A stretch of 64,000 nt of DNA from Podarcis filfolensis (Eukaryota). Below are positions 63,040 through 64,000 of this stretch, in pieces. The stretch's first letter is position 1, and every line of letters begins with the position of its first letter. The notes beneath the pieces were generated by a model. It did not search any database. It was given only the letters and a program-made list of their open reading frames with translations, and was not told where the DNA came from. The stretch is from assembly GCA_964270895.1 (NCBI GenBank), contig OZ185436.1. One strand, 5' to 3'. The position numbers and the translations under genes are program-made.

Positions 63040-64000
63040 TTACAAGGCTGATCACGACCCGTTGCATTTTCTTCAAGTTGTTAAAATAATTAAAGGATGA
63101 TGATTTGGGCATTTCAAGTATCTACCAACAACAGTATGTGGCACTAGCAGGCTCGGAGTCTAATTTTCACTCCTTGTGAAAGCTCTCCAGGCGACTCTCG
63201 AAAGTACTTCCCCAGAGGCTAGTAAAGACTTTCAAGGTCTGTTCCTTGCAATAATAGCTCTCCCCAAGCACAATAGCTACATTCATGTAATGACTGCAAT
63301 GTGCCATTACCAGACTATACTTGTGCCTAAGAACTTAATGCCTTTTATTAAGTTACTCACACAGCAATGTCCTCAGTTCAGCTAAACAAAGAACATGGTC
63401 ACAGCATCCATAAACCTTTGAATCGCCCCCAAAATGGTACTGCATTTCAAGAAAAACCCAGAAAACTCCAAAAGACAAACTCCACGGGTTGGAATCCCTT
63501 CGAATCCCTGAACACAGACTGACAAACTGTTTTGCATTCCATATTCTCAGGGCCTCACTTGAAGCAGAGAGAACAGTTGTGTTGTGTACATGTATCCAAT
63601 ATTATTCTCCCATAATGCCCAATTACAGAATCAGGGCTTTTTTCGGTTCCATTTTACTTTATTTCACAGTGGACTGTTTCATGGAGATGTCATGAGAAGA
63701 GATGGGGATTCTATGGGCTGGAAGAACAAACATGCAGCTGAAAACAACAGGGAAGGTGGCTGAATTGTTAAACTGATACCCTTTCCATCTCTCATGGCAA
63801 CAAATTTACTCAAGAGAAACATGCATTCACCCTAAAGGAATAGATCTGAGAGAGGAATAAGGAAGTAGAAGCATTACTACCGTTGCCTATAAGGGACGTA
63901 GAGTCTTAAAATGGCAGACTGGCTAGAATGGCCAGACTAGGGACCCAGCTGCAACAGCAGCAGCATGCAGGCATGAGGTCCAGGGCACAGATTGATTTAT

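Overview
Vertebrate genomic DNA, most likely from a lacertid-type lizard: it carries Sauria SINEs, a Squam3-like SINE with a (CTT)n tail and a BovB fragment. No prokaryotic features or CRISPR arrays. There are two protein-coding genes, both on the minus strand. (1) The 3' part of SEC14L1 has 14 GT-AG coding exons from 63003 to 45967 (2082 nt including stop; the first coding exon lies beyond base 64000), plus an alternative terminal exon encoding RWRFC* at 44181-44196 and a poly(A) signal at 43695-43700. (2) A single-coding-exon Ras-family GTPase of the RASD/Rhes-like (rasd4-type) group lies at 6502-7128, with a non-canonical NKAE G4 box and a CTVC C-terminus. The rest is intronic or intergenic, rich in L2, CR1, L1, BovB, SINEs and hAT MITEs, several with intact target-site duplications (TSDs). 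Best leads: an HDV-like ribozyme fold at the 5' end of a ~650-bp non-autonomous retroelement (2710-2817); a BovB nested antisense in a Sauria SINE with both TSDs intact (40948-41852); a 43-bp-stem hairpin whose four mismatches are all G.U wobbles on the minus strand (20007-20114); and Penelope-type hammerhead remnants. Repeat family names and cross-species comparisons come from recalled consensus sequences, not database searches.
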